This document shows positions 1-11,445 of a DNA stretch of 39,177 bases, piece by piece. The DNA comes from Octopus bimaculoides. Lineage: Eukaryota. Every line of letters begins with the position of its first letter. Positions within the stretch are counted from its first letter, which is position 1. The notes under the pieces are model-generated. The model saw nothing but the letters and a program-made list of their open reading frames with translations. It searched no databases and had not been told where the DNA came from. The DNA is taken from positions 31,913,191 to 31,952,367 of the forward strand of contig NC_068992.1 of the NCBI RefSeq assembly GCF_001194135.2, written 5' to 3'. The position numbers and the translations under genes were made by a program.

Positions 1-192
<192 letters not shown>

Positions 193-674
193 TGTTATTA
201 ATGTTGTGATAGTAGTGCTAACGCTATATATCTCTAATTCCTGAGCTGAAAGAGTCTTGCTAAATAATTTTAAATATTATTTTTTTTATAACATCGTACC
301 AACATTATGGGTTTTTTCTATGCATTGAGTCCTACGCAATGCTTATCACTAATCCTTCATATCCAAACATACGTATTATTGCAAATACATTTTTAATCAA
401 TATTTGATGTAGAACTATAAGAAAATAATCGTTATATTAATGATTGAATCAGAGCACGTAAAACAAATTTGACAACATGGAAATTGAAATTAATTATGGG
501 GATTATACATGCATTGCTTTTAGTCAGTATATGACTCCTTTAATACCATTTGATCTATAACGACTTGATTTTTGAGAATTCTTTACATATTACACTCATT
601 TCCACATGGATGCAACTTGCATTTGCATAATTCCATTACCTTTAGACACGCCTCCACTACGGTCACTGTCTTCA

Positions 675-790
675 TCGTCTGCTTCTTCTTCTTCTTCTTC
701 TTCTTCTTCTTCTTCTTCTTCTTCTTCTTCTTCTTCTTCTTCTTCTGCTGCTGCTGCTGCTGCTGCTGATGCTGATGCTGATGCTTCTGC
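675..790. repeat. Compound microsatellite (TCT)n-(GCT)n-(GATGCT)n
   Basis: Visible runs; they account for ORFs 572..769, 596..862 and 606..920. Confidence 0.97.
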
Positions 791-908
791 TTTTATTACT
801 ATTTTATTTCTCTTCTTGACTACCACCACTACCATCTTAATAATTCCAGTTCTCTGTATCATTTACTATGTTACATGTATTACATGCTCAAACAATAATA
901 ATAATAAT

Positions 909-1122
909 CCTTTCTACTAACAGCATACAGCCTGGAATTTTGTGAAAGAGGACTAGTTGATTATATCGACTCCAGTGTTTCATTGGTACTGAATTTATGT
1001 ACCCCAAAAAGATAAAAGGTAAAGTTAACCTCGGTGGAATTTGAACTTACATCATAAAGACAGACGAAATGTCCCTAAGCATTTTGTCTGGCGTGCCAAC
1101 GCTTCTGCCAGCCTACCGCTTT
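909..1122 (-). mobile_element. tRNA-derived SINE, family A, copy 1
   Basis: Minus strand has a tRNA-like head (TGGCAGAAGCGTTGGC A-box-like; AAGTTCAAATTCC B-box-like), then a body and tail shared with copies at 1143-1350, 3150-3273, 8352-8435 and 25584-25762. Short (AAT)n on both flanks. Confidence 0.85.
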
Positions 1123-1142
1123 AAACAACAGAAATAATAATA

Positions 1143-1350
1143 ATCTTTTCTACTCTAGACATAAAACATGAAATTTTGAGAAGTGGGTTAGTCGGTTACA
1201 CCAACCCTAGTACTCAACTGGTACATACTTTATGAAAGAATGAAAGGCAAAGTCAACTTCGGCGGAATTTGAAATTAGAACGTAAGGACGGACAAAATGC
1301 CGCTAAGTATGTTGCCCGGTGTTCTAATGATTCTACCAAATCACCACCTT
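1143..1350 (-). mobile_element. tRNA-derived SINE, family A, copy 2
   Basis: Colinear with copy 1 (gaaaggcaaagtcaacttcggcggaatttgaa...ctaag); bounded by (AAT)n. Confidence 0.85.
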
Positions 1351-1351
1351 A

Positions 1352-1352
<1 letters not shown>

Positions 1353-1430
<78 letters not shown>

Positions 1431-1435
1431 TGATG

Positions 1436-1497
<62 letters not shown>
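1353..1497. repeat. (AAT)n microsatellite
   Basis: Visible run with a short (GAT)n interruption. Confidence 0.98.
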
Positions 1498-1545
1498 TAT
1501 GGTTTCAATTTTTTCCACATGGGCAGGAATTTTGAGGGAAGAGAT

Positions 1546-1760
1546 TGTTGGAACGATACGAAACTAAATGTACTTAATTTCGCATTGTTAGATACGTTGT
1601 CGCCTATAAAATATGGTCAGCTCGGTAGCTGGGATAGACGACAGTTGAACAAACATCCAACAACTCTGCATCGTGTTGTTGTAGTGCTTGCATAGCACAA
1701 TATCGTAGCAACTGTAAAACAAAATAAATACATCGAATCGAAACTAAACGCATTACCAGC
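1546..1760 (+). mobile_element. Putative 5' LTR of a Ty3/Gypsy element
   Basis: Starts TGTTGG, contains TATAAAA (1605) and AATAAA (~1723). Segment 1592-1700 recurs at 3045-3146 with roughly 80% identity by eye, on the far side of the gag fragment. The 3' boundary and PBS are not resolved. Confidence 0.55.
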
Positions 1761-2039
1761 AGCACATTATTACCACTAGACATTGCGCAACATTACTAAT
1801 GTACCAGTATCGTCAGTGAACGCGACTTGACACAAAGCAAAAGAACAAAAAGGAAACGGATACACTGTGTCAAATTGCAAGAATACACGTACACACGGAC
1901 TACACATGTTTAGCTGGAAGCATTGCTACAAAATTATATACAAGACTATTGTTGTCATATCGGCTATATAGTGCGTGGTGTGCTACAGAAAGCAACCAAA
2001 TCATACGTTCTTGGATTGCGCAAGAAAAACAAAAATTAT

Positions 2040-2892
2040 ATGGCAAAATCTCGCATTCCCGAAATACAGTGGTACACAAGCAATACTACCGTGGTCCTGC
2101 AAATTTTCGAGCAACACATGTACAATTGTGAAGATATGGAAACTATAGAACCAAGGAAAATAGCCTTAAAATATTAAGAGTCATTGGAAATGAAGGACTC
2201 AAACGTCTGAATGCATCCATCTTATCAGAGGCTGACAAGAAAAACCCAAATAAACTTTGTGAATTGTTCGAAAAGCACAAGTCAAGACAACCCTCAGTTT
2301 CAGAGTACATTACCTTAAACTGATGGTATGTAGACAGCAGCATGATGAGATAATTGACGACTTTGTTACAAGAGCCTGACTAATAGAAAAAAGTGTGAAT
2401 TTGAAGAAAAATAGCTTGAACAACGGATCATTGAATTATTGAATGCTTCAACTCCAATTGAAGACTTCGAAAAAGATCTACTTGGAAAAGAGAAAGCTGC
2501 CCTAACAGTGAGTAGAAAATTTGAAGCTATTCTTCCAGGAAGAGATCAGATACAACAACTTGCAAGCACAGAATCAAGCAATGCAGATGCTGTCAAGCGT
2601 TCATTTGGAAATTGTGGACGAATGCACCCACCAAGAAAGTGCTCTGCATACAATGATTCCAGTAACTTCTGCAACAAAAAGTGACGCTGGATAAAATTCT
2701 GTTGTCAACGGAACAAACAAGATAGAAGACAGAAAATGGTAATACAAAAAAGAGCACATAACAAATTGTATGATCTAGAATCAAGTAATAAGGCACATAC
2801 TGTATCAGAAGCATAGAACTGTGATCCCTAGCACAGTATGAAAATTTCAAGCCTGTGAAATGAAGCATTTGCAACATTGGATATCATATGTC
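2040..2892 (+). pseudogene. gag: Decayed Ty3/Gypsy gag plus the start of the protease region
   Basis: Frameshifted translation MAKSRIPEIQW...VIGNEGLKRLN...SFRVHYLKLM..RQQHDEIIDDFVTRA..KCEF..LEQRIIELL.ASTPIEDFEKDLL, then remnants of a double zinc knuckle (GNCGRMHPPRKCSAY..FCNKK*RW.KFC, ~2605-2705) and EAFATLDIICP. Confidence 0.8.
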
Positions 2893-2895
2893 CAC

Positions 2896-3045
2896 GTGGT
2901 AAGTAGCTTGCTTACCAACCATATAGTTCCGGGTTCAGTCCCACTGCGTGGCATCTTGGGCAAGTGTCTTCTCCTATAGCCTCAGGCCGACCAAAGCCTT
3001 GTGAGTGGATTTGGTAGACGGAATCTAGAAGAAGCAAGACGTATA
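2896..3045 (+). mobile_element. tRNA-derived SINE, family B (CORE-like), 5'-clipped
   Basis: GTGGTAAG..CTTGCTTACCAACC..GGTTCAGTCCC tRNA-like head followed by CTTGGGCAAGTGTCTT, which resembles the CORE-SINE motif. Confidence 0.8.
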
Positions 3046-3146
3046 TACGTTATCGCGGATAAAAGGTGGACAGCTCGGTGGCTGGAGCAGACGGACGTTG
3101 AATTGATGACTCTGCATGGAGTTATTGTAGTGCTTTCATGGCACAA
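3045..3146 (+). mobile_element. Partial 3' LTR-like copy of 1592-1700
   Basis: Matches such as tgg(t/a)cagctcggt(a/g)gctgg and actctgcat...ttgtagtgctt(g/t)cat(a/g)gcacaa. Confidence 0.6.
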
Positions 3147-3149
3147 AAG

Positions 3150-3273
3150 TTATGAGTCGATAACATATCAACTCTGAAATGATGAAAAGTAAAGTCAACC
3201 TTGGTAAGATTTGAACTCAGAATGTAGCGACGGCCGAAGTATTTCGTCCAGCGAAGTATTTCGTTCATTCTGC
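3150..3273 (-). mobile_element. SINE family A, degenerate copy
   Basis: gatgaaaagtaaagtcaaccttggtaagatttgaactcagaatgtag matches copies 1 and 2. Confidence 0.75.
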
Positions 3274-3530
<257 letters not shown>

Positions 3531-3534
3531 AAAA

Positions 3535-5290
3535 AACTTCATTGCGTTGAACTGGAATATCAAGGAAATAAAGAAAAAAAATTGATCGGAAAATACGAAA
3601 GCTACTGCCTTGTAATAATAAGCAACATGCAAAGACTGACACTTATCGTCTTCACCTTCACAGCACACAAGGAGCTCAAAACCTGATACAATTTGAAATC
3701 TCTTGCAAAACTACCACAATTCGACTGGCTAAATATTTTGTAGCATCTAACGACTGTGTGCTAAACTCGTTGAAAATCACAAGAGGCGTAAGTTGCTTCA
3801 ATCTGTCATGAAAGAGAGCAAAATAATTCTTATTGCATTCATGCATAATAGCCAAGTTGAACAGCATGATGGGAGACAATGGTAAAAAGCAAGAGCGTAT
3901 CAACAATTGGCAAACATGTAGCCCGTAGTAAAAAAGCTGATGTAGGGCAGAAGAACATCGATCAGTGACTACGGAGTTAAAAGCTAAAGGCAGAGAGCGA
4001 AGGCTTCATCTCAGTTGCTGACGATCAGGGTTTGTTGACCTGGTTGTTGTTGGCACTCCGTCGCTTACGACGTCGAGGTTTCCAGTTGATCCGATGAACG
4101 GAACAGCCTGCTCGTGAAATTAACGTGCAAGTGGCTGACCACTCCACAGACATGTGTACCCTTGACGTAGTTCTCGAGGATATTCAGTGTGACACAGTGT
4201 GACAAGGCTGACCCTTTGAATTACATACACAACACAAACAGGAAGTAAGAGTGAGAGAAAGTTGTGGTGGAAGAGTACAGCAGGGTTCGCCAACATCCCC
4301 TGCCGGAGCCTCGTTGTGCTTTATGTGTTTTCGCTCAATAAACACTCATAACGCCCGGTCTGGGAATCGAAACCGCGATCCTATGACCGCGAGTCCGCTG
4401 CCCTAACCACTAGGCTATTGCGCCTCCTTTCGACCTGGTACTTCAAATCCAATGGGAAAATAGAGCTGACTCAAAGGGCCGATCCTGCAACGATGAGATT
4501 GCAATAATGGACCATCTAATCTCTGTTTGCAAAGTTTTATCACCGGTAGATTATAAATCAAAACATGACAGCGTTGGCCACTATTGACACTGATTAATAC
4601 GTCAAAGTTATAAAATGATCAGAGTTGACAAATGGTATATGCACCACCCTAACTCTGTAAGTGAGGGAGAAAATGTAACGATTCTTTAGGATTTTCCATT
4701 ACATACAGACAGAACCATCGAAGCAGATATTGTTGTGAAAGACGAAAACAATAAAGTCTGTTTATCGACTAACATGAGCATTCCATGTGATCATACTATT
4801 TCAGCAAAAGAATTTTACAAGCTGAGAAAAAAGAAAGATTTACTGATTGAAATCGTAAAAGAAAATGAGGCATCTCAAGACGGTTACAATACCAGTGATT
4901 ATAGAAGCATTTAGAATGATCAAAAAGAAATTGAAAATTATTTGAGAAGGATCTCTGCCTTAACATCCATATAAAAAGGGCAAAAGATGGTTTTAACTGG
5001 TACATCACTCGTATTGAGAAGAGCATTGGCGATGTAAATGTTCTTTCTATTTTTACTCCTTTTGTTTTCTTTATCTTCATTTATTTTTCTAGTTTATATT
5101 ATTATGTTTTTTTCTTTTTTTCCTCGTTTTCTTTCTTTCCCTTTCCCCATTTTTTCTATCACATATCTTGACTTTCTAAATGAACATTCGGGTGTGTTTA
5201 TTTTAACGGCTTACCAATGTAGACATTGAGATTCTCTGTCCGAGTTGTCGGGAAGTCACTCGGCAACAAATCAACTCAAAATTGAAAGTA
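3535..5290 (+). mobile_element. R4/Dong-type non-LTR retrotransposon, 5'-truncated (RT thumb, CCHC region, restriction-like endonuclease, 3' UTR)
   Basis: Decayed motifs IDRKIRKLL, EGFI...DQGLLT, MDHLISVC, IL*DFPLHTDRTI, DIVVKD, IPVII.A, KMVLTGTS.VLRRALAM* (stop 5035-5037). Ends at (AAT)n. Interrupted by a SINE at 4045-4427. Confidence 0.85.
4045..4427 (-). mobile_element. Near full-length tRNA-derived SINE, family C (tRNA-Arg-like head), with target-site duplication
   Basis: Minus strand begins GGAGGCGCAATAGCCTAGTGGTTAGGGCAGCGGACTCGCGGTCATAGGATCGCGGTTTCGATTCCC (A box, TCG anticodon-like loop, B box) and ends in (CAA)n. Flanks tgttgacctggt (4033-4044) and tttcgacctggt (4428-4439). Confidence 0.9.
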
Positions 5291-5323
5291 TAATAACAAT
5301 AATAATAATAATAATGATAATAC

Positions 5324-5362
<39 letters not shown>

Positions 5363-5460
5363 CCAAGGCGCACAGAGCTGCGCTCGGTAGTGAAGTGAAA
5401 GCACGTTATAAAAATAAAACTACTGAACAACAATAATAATAATGATAATAATAATAATAT

Positions 5461-5900
5461 TGCATGACCGCACTCCGCAGAGAGTGGTGGAGGTGGAGAT
5501 TTGCCAATTCCTCTAGGATTTCCAAATCCAAACAAATTAGGTGCTACAGCATAACAGACCGGACATAGTGGTGTACGCCATGTAGTTGATGCTCCGTGTC
5601 ACTTTGACCCACGAACATTCAAGAAGAAAGGTGGCAAATAGATAAATACAACCGTCTTAAGTACGAAAGAGCCGGCTATGAAAAATGAAGACGGTGAAAA
5701 TAGCGCTAAAGGCAACAAGCGGAATATAAAATAAATCGGATTAGAATGCCCAGTAGAACTGTTACAAAAGTGTTGCTGCCTTGGCACAGCCACAGTAATC
5801 ACTAAAGTATTAGATAGCTGAAAAGACCAGATAGCATGATAACGTAACATGTAGTAAAACCTCTACGCCTGCAAGTCTCTGGGAGTTCCAACAAAATAAA

Positions 5901-5905
<5 letters not shown>
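5461..5905 (+). mobile_element. R4/Dong-type LINE 3' end (endonuclease domain), second subfamily
   Basis: HDRTPQRVVE, RPDIVV, ELLQKCCCLGTATVITKVLDS* (stop ~5819-5821). (AAT)n on both sides. Confidence 0.8.
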
Positions 5906-5935
<30 letters not shown>

Positions 5936-6010
5936 TAATAATAACAACAACAACAACAACACCAATAATGATGATGATGATGATAATGGTGATGATGATG
6001 ATGATGATGT
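5905..6010. repeat. (AAT)n-(AAC)n-(GAT)n microsatellite
   Basis: Visible runs. Confidence 0.95.
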
Positions 6011-6039
6011 CACGCTTGTGTAGGATGGAGGATTACAAA

Positions 6040-6890
6040 GACAAAGGACTGTACAACCACTTGAGAATGAATTAAACTGAAAAAAGGTGAATACAGAAGA
6101 CAATGCATGGACAATTTCATAGGGATGTTGAAGATAAGACAGACAGAGAACAGATATGCTATGGATGACTAAAAGTGATTTAAAACCGGAAACAGTGGCT
6201 GAAATCTGTTCTGCCCAAGAGCAAGCATTAAGAATTAATTGAATCAAATACAGAATAGACAACACATCAGAAAGTGATAGCGCAGAATTTGTGTACAAAA
6301 TGGTGAAACCGTATCGCACATTACCTGTCAATGTACGCCATTAGCCCAGAACCAATATCAGAGACGTCATGACAACATAGCAAGGATTGTCTACTGGACA
6401 CTTTGCAACAAGCCTGGACATGAGAGAGCAAAAAAGTGGTTCGAATATAAACCTGAAAGCATAATCGAAAATGATTCAACTTGTACAAATACAAAGCAAA
6501 ACTGAAACCTATAATAACAACAACAGCAACAATACGAAGAAGTAGCTATATCCTCTGGAGAATATGCTAACATTACAGCGTAAAAACTGACAAGAAAGGG
6601 TGTAAACATATGACAAACCTGACTACGGCGAGGCCACAATCATCTGGAATGTACCTTTTGAAATTGACAAAGAAATAAACTCATCTCCTGAATATATAAT
6701 CAAGGATTTGAGACTAAAAAAAAAACACTTGCTTACTGCGAGACATTGCGGTCCCTTCTAACCAAAATATTTCCCTGAAAAGTGAAGAGAATGTCAAAGT
6801 ACAAAAACCTAGAAATTGAAGTATTCAAGACGTGGGGAATGAAGGTGAAATCAATACCAGAAATAAGTGGAGTATTGGCATGATAAGAAT
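6040..6890 (+). mobile_element. R4/Dong-type LINE fragments (CCHC and endonuclease regions), broken at ~6490-6640
   Basis: MHGQFHRDVEDK, WMTKSDLKPETVAEICSAQEQALR, GETVSHITCQC, RRHDNIARIVYW, WFEYKPE; then TCLL..IAVP.NQNIS and SKYKNLEIEVFKTWGMK. Confidence 0.82.
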
Positions 6891-6972
6891 CATATATACT
6901 TTCACTTTAAAAATGAAACTATTCTACAAACTGAAACAATCACTTTTCGATACTGTAATGACCGATACTTTC

Positions 6973-6974
<2 letters not shown>

Positions 6975-7015
<41 letters not shown>

Positions 7016-7053
7016 AAGAGAGACAAAGAGAAAGAGAGAGAGAGAGAGAGAGG
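6975..7053. repeat. (AG)n microsatellite running into a gap
   Basis: Visible. Confidence 0.95.
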
Positions 7054-7584
7054 NNNNNNNNNNNNNNNNNNNNNNNNNNNNNNNNNNNNNNNNNNNNNNN
7101 NNNNNNNNNNNNNNNNNNNNNNNNNNNNNNNNNNNNNNNNNNNNNNNNNNNNNNNNNNNNNNNNNNNNNNNNNNNNNNNNNNNNNNNNNNNNNNNNNNNN
7201 NNNNNNNNNNNNNNNNNNNNNNNNNNNNNNNNNNNNNNNNNNNNNNNNNNNNNNNNNNNNNNNNNNNNNNNNNNNNNNNNNNNNNNNNNNNNNNNNNNNN
7301 NNNNNNNNNNNNNNNNNNNNNNNNNNNNNNNNNNNNNNNNNNNNNNNNNNNNNNNNNNNNNNNNNNNNNNNNNNNNNNNNNNNNNNNNNNNNNNNNNNNN
7401 NNNNNNNNNNNNNNNNNNNNNNNNNNNNNNNNNNNNNNNNNNNNNNNNNNNNNNNNNNNNNNNNNNNNNNNNNNNNNNNNNNNNNNNNNNNNNNNNNNNN
7501 NNNNNNNNNNNNNNNNNNNNNNNNNNNNNNNNNNNNNNNNNNNNNNNNNNNNNNNNNNNNNNNNNNNNNNNNNNNNNNNNNNNN
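7054..7584. other. Assembly gap (others at 12337-13189, 13904-13980, 25117-25349, 26744-26753, 31516-31525, 32573-32796, 34159-34441)
   Basis: Runs of N. Confidence 1.
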
Positions 7585-7918
7585 CTTACATTGTGATTTC
7601 TGCAATGTGGAGCATAAATTGTCAAGTAAATGAGACGCATCTTTGCCTCCACTGATTCACTTGCAAAGTGTTGAGTAAAATTATTTCGTTGCAGACCTCC
7701 TTTGGGTCTTTTTATTATCACTGCGACACACACAGTCCCCAGTTGGTAACATTGATTTCAAGGCCCTCCTAGATCAGAGACTGGCATTCCACTTAATGTC
7801 TATGTTCCATGCTGGCATGGATTGGAGAGTTATTAATGTAGAAATATGGTATCGTAGCTACTAACAGTTGAGGGTTGCGTAGTCTAGACGACGTTTTCAG
7901 ATTTCATTATTCTCTTTA

Positions 7919-7947
7919 ACCCGGGCAAAGCCGGGTATTTCTGCTAG
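7919..7947 (+). mobile_element. Helitron-like 3' terminus
   Basis: GC hairpin acccgg-gcaaag-ccgggt, then 7 nt, then CTAG followed by T. This is the canonical Helitron 3' signature. The 5' TC end was not located. Confidence 0.6.
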
Positions 7948-8049
7948 TATTCAATAAAATAAGCAACCACCAGCAAACCACTGAACTAACAGAACACAAA
8001 TTGTATTGATCGTACAACACACAATATGAACATTAAAACAATACAAGAC

Positions 8050-8340
8050 TGCAACAGAGCCAGTAGTCGGTGACATAGTACCGGAATGTCCCGGAATCTC
8101 GTCGGCGAAGGTTGTGCCACCGTCGGTGGGGATTGTGCCGCCGACGGTAGAAGTGACTACCTTGTCCTCGGAGGAAGACGAATTATTGGTCTTCTTCTAC
8201 AGAGGCGGAGAAGTGGAGAATGTGTTGGAATAGCATCATAAGGGTCAACTTTGATCTGCACACGGAATACTGAATGGCCTCCGCAGATAGATCTGGAGGT
8301 CATAACATTGCCCGTGTTGCGTAGGATGGAGGGGCTCAAT
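8050..8340 (+). mobile_element. GC-rich decayed coding-like fragment, possibly a LINE ORF1 C-terminal region
   Basis: Open stretch EPVVGDIVPECPGISSAKVVPPSVGIVPPTVEVTTLSSEEDELLVFFYRGGEVENVLE. The family assignment rests on recall only. Confidence 0.3.
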
Positions 8341-8351
8341 GAAGAATTTCA

Positions 8352-8435
8352 CTTGTAGCCGGGTGGAATTTGAATTCAGAACGTGAAAACAGAAATACTG
8401 CTAAGCATTTCTCCCGGCGTTTCTCCCAGCTCGTC
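8352..8435 (-). mobile_element. SINE family A head fragment
   Basis: ggtggaatttgaattcagaacgtgaaaacagaaatactgctaagcatttctcccggcg matches the other copies. Confidence 0.75.
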
Positions 8436-8739
8436 GACTATCTGTGTTCTTATATATTTTCTGTTCTGCTTTTAAAAAAGAGTGAAGCTGGTGCATCTAT
8501 TGCTGGTGTTCATGATGTTGTTGCTATTGTTGGTGTTCCTGATGTTGCAAAAGTTGCTGGTGTTGTTGCTGTGGGTGGTGTTGCTGCTATAGCTGATGTT
8601 GCTGTTGACATTGGCCTAAGTGATTTTCCTTCCCTTATTGATTTTGCTGTTCTTGTTGATGATGATGATGATACCATTGATGCCTGGGTTGGAGCTCTTT
8701 TTGTTGCTGGTAGTTCTTGTTCTTATTGCTGAAGCTCTG

Positions 8740-9210
8740 CCGGTTGGTGACAAACTCTACAGAGACGGAAGTGGTGTCAGACGGAGCTTTCCGGGGTATG
8801 TGCCGGGCCATGAAACCGTCCCTCATGCACTCATCTAGTGTCCGTGCATTACCTATTTGCGGAGCTTTGTCCGATTATCATCCGAGTCCATCGAGAAGAT
8901 TGCTCCGCCGCCTTCCTTTGGTCGGCAGGGAAAGGTAGTTTTCCGCTATGATAAATGAGATTAGTGTGGTAGACGTGATTGAAAGGACTGAAGACAGATA
9001 CTTTCCTCTTCGGCCATGCGCTCACTGATTTTTCAAGTTCCACAGAAAGAGGAAAAATGTGAATAGAGAGGGAGGTTCTGCCCCCAAGTAAATTTGTTGA
9101 AAGGTGGATGCCTTTGTAAACTGGAGTTGAGAAGGATAGAGGTACCTGTTGACGTGCATCTGGCGGTCGGGGTAGCCAGAATGACTGGGGTTCGTGGGTT
9201 GTCCCTTTTG
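8740..9210 (-). mobile_element. GC-rich fragment resembling the 5' UTR and ORF1 start of a LINE
   Basis: ATG at ~9018 gives MAEEESICLQSFQSRL, then after a frameshift ENYLSLPTKGRRRSNLLD..DKAPQIGNARTLDECMRDGFMARHIPRKAPSDTTSVSVEFVT. No diagnostic catalytic motif. Confidence 0.4.
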
Positions 9211-9359
9211 GGAAATTTTAATATTTAATTGTAATGTTAATTGTCATTGTTATTTTAATGTCTACTCGAAGTTTGGGTTAATCATCACGTATCTCCTGTT
9301 TGTTAAACATCACTATCCGTTATTTGCTTTGTGATTCGCCCTTGAGACCAATAAACAAA

Positions 9360-9361
9360 CG

Positions 9362-9397
<36 letters not shown>

Positions 9398-9424
9398 GCT
9401 GGTCGTGGTGTAGTAGTAATAGTG

Positions 9425-9462
<38 letters not shown>
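9360..9462. repeat. (ATT)n and (AGT)n microsatellites
   Basis: Visible. Confidence 0.95.
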
Positions 9463-9463
<1 letters not shown>

Positions 9464-10684
9464 TGCTTGTATTTCCATTCCAACGTAATAAGAGATGTTT
9501 AGATGCTTCGTCATAGGCTTCTCTGAAGTAGAGAGCGTTATATAAATTGTGGACATCGATCCAAAAGTTTTTTAACATACTGCATAAATATATTATATTT
9601 TGATTATCTCGCAATATTTTGTTTAACAGATATTTTTTGAATAATGGATATATATTTTTTATGTGCCTTATGATAATAGAATGGAAAATATTACATTTTC
9701 CTTACCAATCTATGTATCTATGAATTCAAGTACCTAAGGGGATCAGAAAACAATAAACAATCAATTTTAGCAAGTGGATTTATTTACGCTAAATATCGGG
9801 AAATAACACATATCTTCGTGTTAATTAACGGTTATGAAAACTTGCTTTAAACATATACCGGATAAAATTGAATGTGACGCTGTATGAAAGCTACTCAAAA
9901 TAACATTAGTTAAATAATTATAAAACATGTATTTAAGGATATATCTATAAGCGAATTGACTCAAATAGAATGGTGATCGTATATTTTCTATGCGTCTAGA
10001 TATTTGGGAAATACAAATGTAGGCTGAATCGGTTTTCAACTAACAGAAATTGGTAAGTTTGTGATAGCTAAAGTGAATCCAATGTTCTGCAACTGTTGCA
10101 AAAGGATAAGATACAAATTGACAATGAAAGGGTAAAAGCGTTGCTTTTTAATTAAATATAAGAAATAACCATTATCAATCATGAAAACAAAACTTGAAGA
10201 GAATTATTAAAATGCGGATAATTCATTTTGTTATAGGAATTATTGTCTGTCATAGTTATCACAGTCTTCAAAAGAGGTTCATTGAAATCAATATTTCTTT
10301 ATCGAATGTCGTATTTCATTAAAATGTGTACTATGTTTTAATTTTGCAGGAAGAAGCTGGGTTTCTCTGATCGGCGCGTATGAAATATATAATGCATATA
10401 TGTAAATATATAGAAGCGTGTGTGGATGTATATGTCTGTTGTGGATATGTGTATAAAACAATTGAGGCTGACAATAATACAGGTCACAGAAAAGTTTGCG
10501 AACAGCAACTACGGAACTTTGACAGACAAACAACCCGCTGATTTTTGAACCAACGGGTTAAACAAGAAATCGATTAGTTAGTTAATTAGATATTTAACCT
10601 ATTGACTGATGATAAAGAAAAGGAAATGAACCTATGCGTATGTTATTATTGGCGTAATGACTCTCACAAGACACACACAAAAAA

Positions 10685-11445
10685 CAAAATTAAGAAAAAC
10701 ATATATTGTAACTCCTGTGAAAATGCCTCATTACTTTCATCAGTATTCGGTGGGAGAAATTACCGAGAATATGCCAAAGATAGAGTCAAGGAGAACGAAT
10801 TTCGTCAGAGATAAAGAAATATATCCGAAAGACTATTATGGTAGAAAATATTTACCAATATTCAAATACGCGATATCTGCATTGTAGTCTATGTTTAATT
10901 TGTGCACAGTACAATCCTATACTATACAATATGTTGCGATGTATGGACAGAAACAGAAGAATGCAACTCCATAATCCCTGCATATTACAAACAAGTAACG
11001 TGAAATTTGCAGTATTGGTCATGAAGAAATACGGAACCTGAAATAAAGAAAATGTTGTGTTTAGCTACACTGTACATCTTATTTTGGTGCTTTTTCATTT
11101 CAAACACGCGCACACACACATACAGACAGATACATACAAAAGAAGACAAAGGAAATTCATTCTTTAACACATATTTAATTATAAGTTACAAATGTTTTCA
11201 TGCCATCTCCATTAGCAGCGCCAGCTTATGCGAAAATTCTAGAAGAAGAATCATGTAATATTTGCGGTTTTGGGCACTGGGGAGGCATTCCATCAGACTT
11301 GCATCAAAGATGTGCTATTATATTGTGCGTCTTTCAGACATAGTTGCGGGATGAGTATGTGAAGAAGGTATTATTAGCCTGAGTGAAACGGTTTTGTTAA
11401 ACGACGTAACTAATCTGTTTATCAATTAAAAAGACATCTGAACCA
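10685..11445 (+). pseudogene. Decayed coding-like segment, unidentified family, copy A
   Basis: Frameshifted motifs KTY..., MQLHNP, EDK...LIISYKCFHAISISSAS and LSETVLLNDV align by eye with copies B and C. Confidence 0.35.

Noticed and set aside
4355-4427. tRNA-like sequences here and at 31380-31453 and 32107-32180 as real tRNA genes
   Set aside because: Imperfect stems, no T-run terminator, and contiguous with repeat bodies.
10335-10383. Candidate 28-nt micro-exons with good splice sites (10350-10377; also 35375-35402)
   Set aside because: Such sites are expected by chance in AT-rich DNA. The two are unrelated in sequence and have no supporting ORF.
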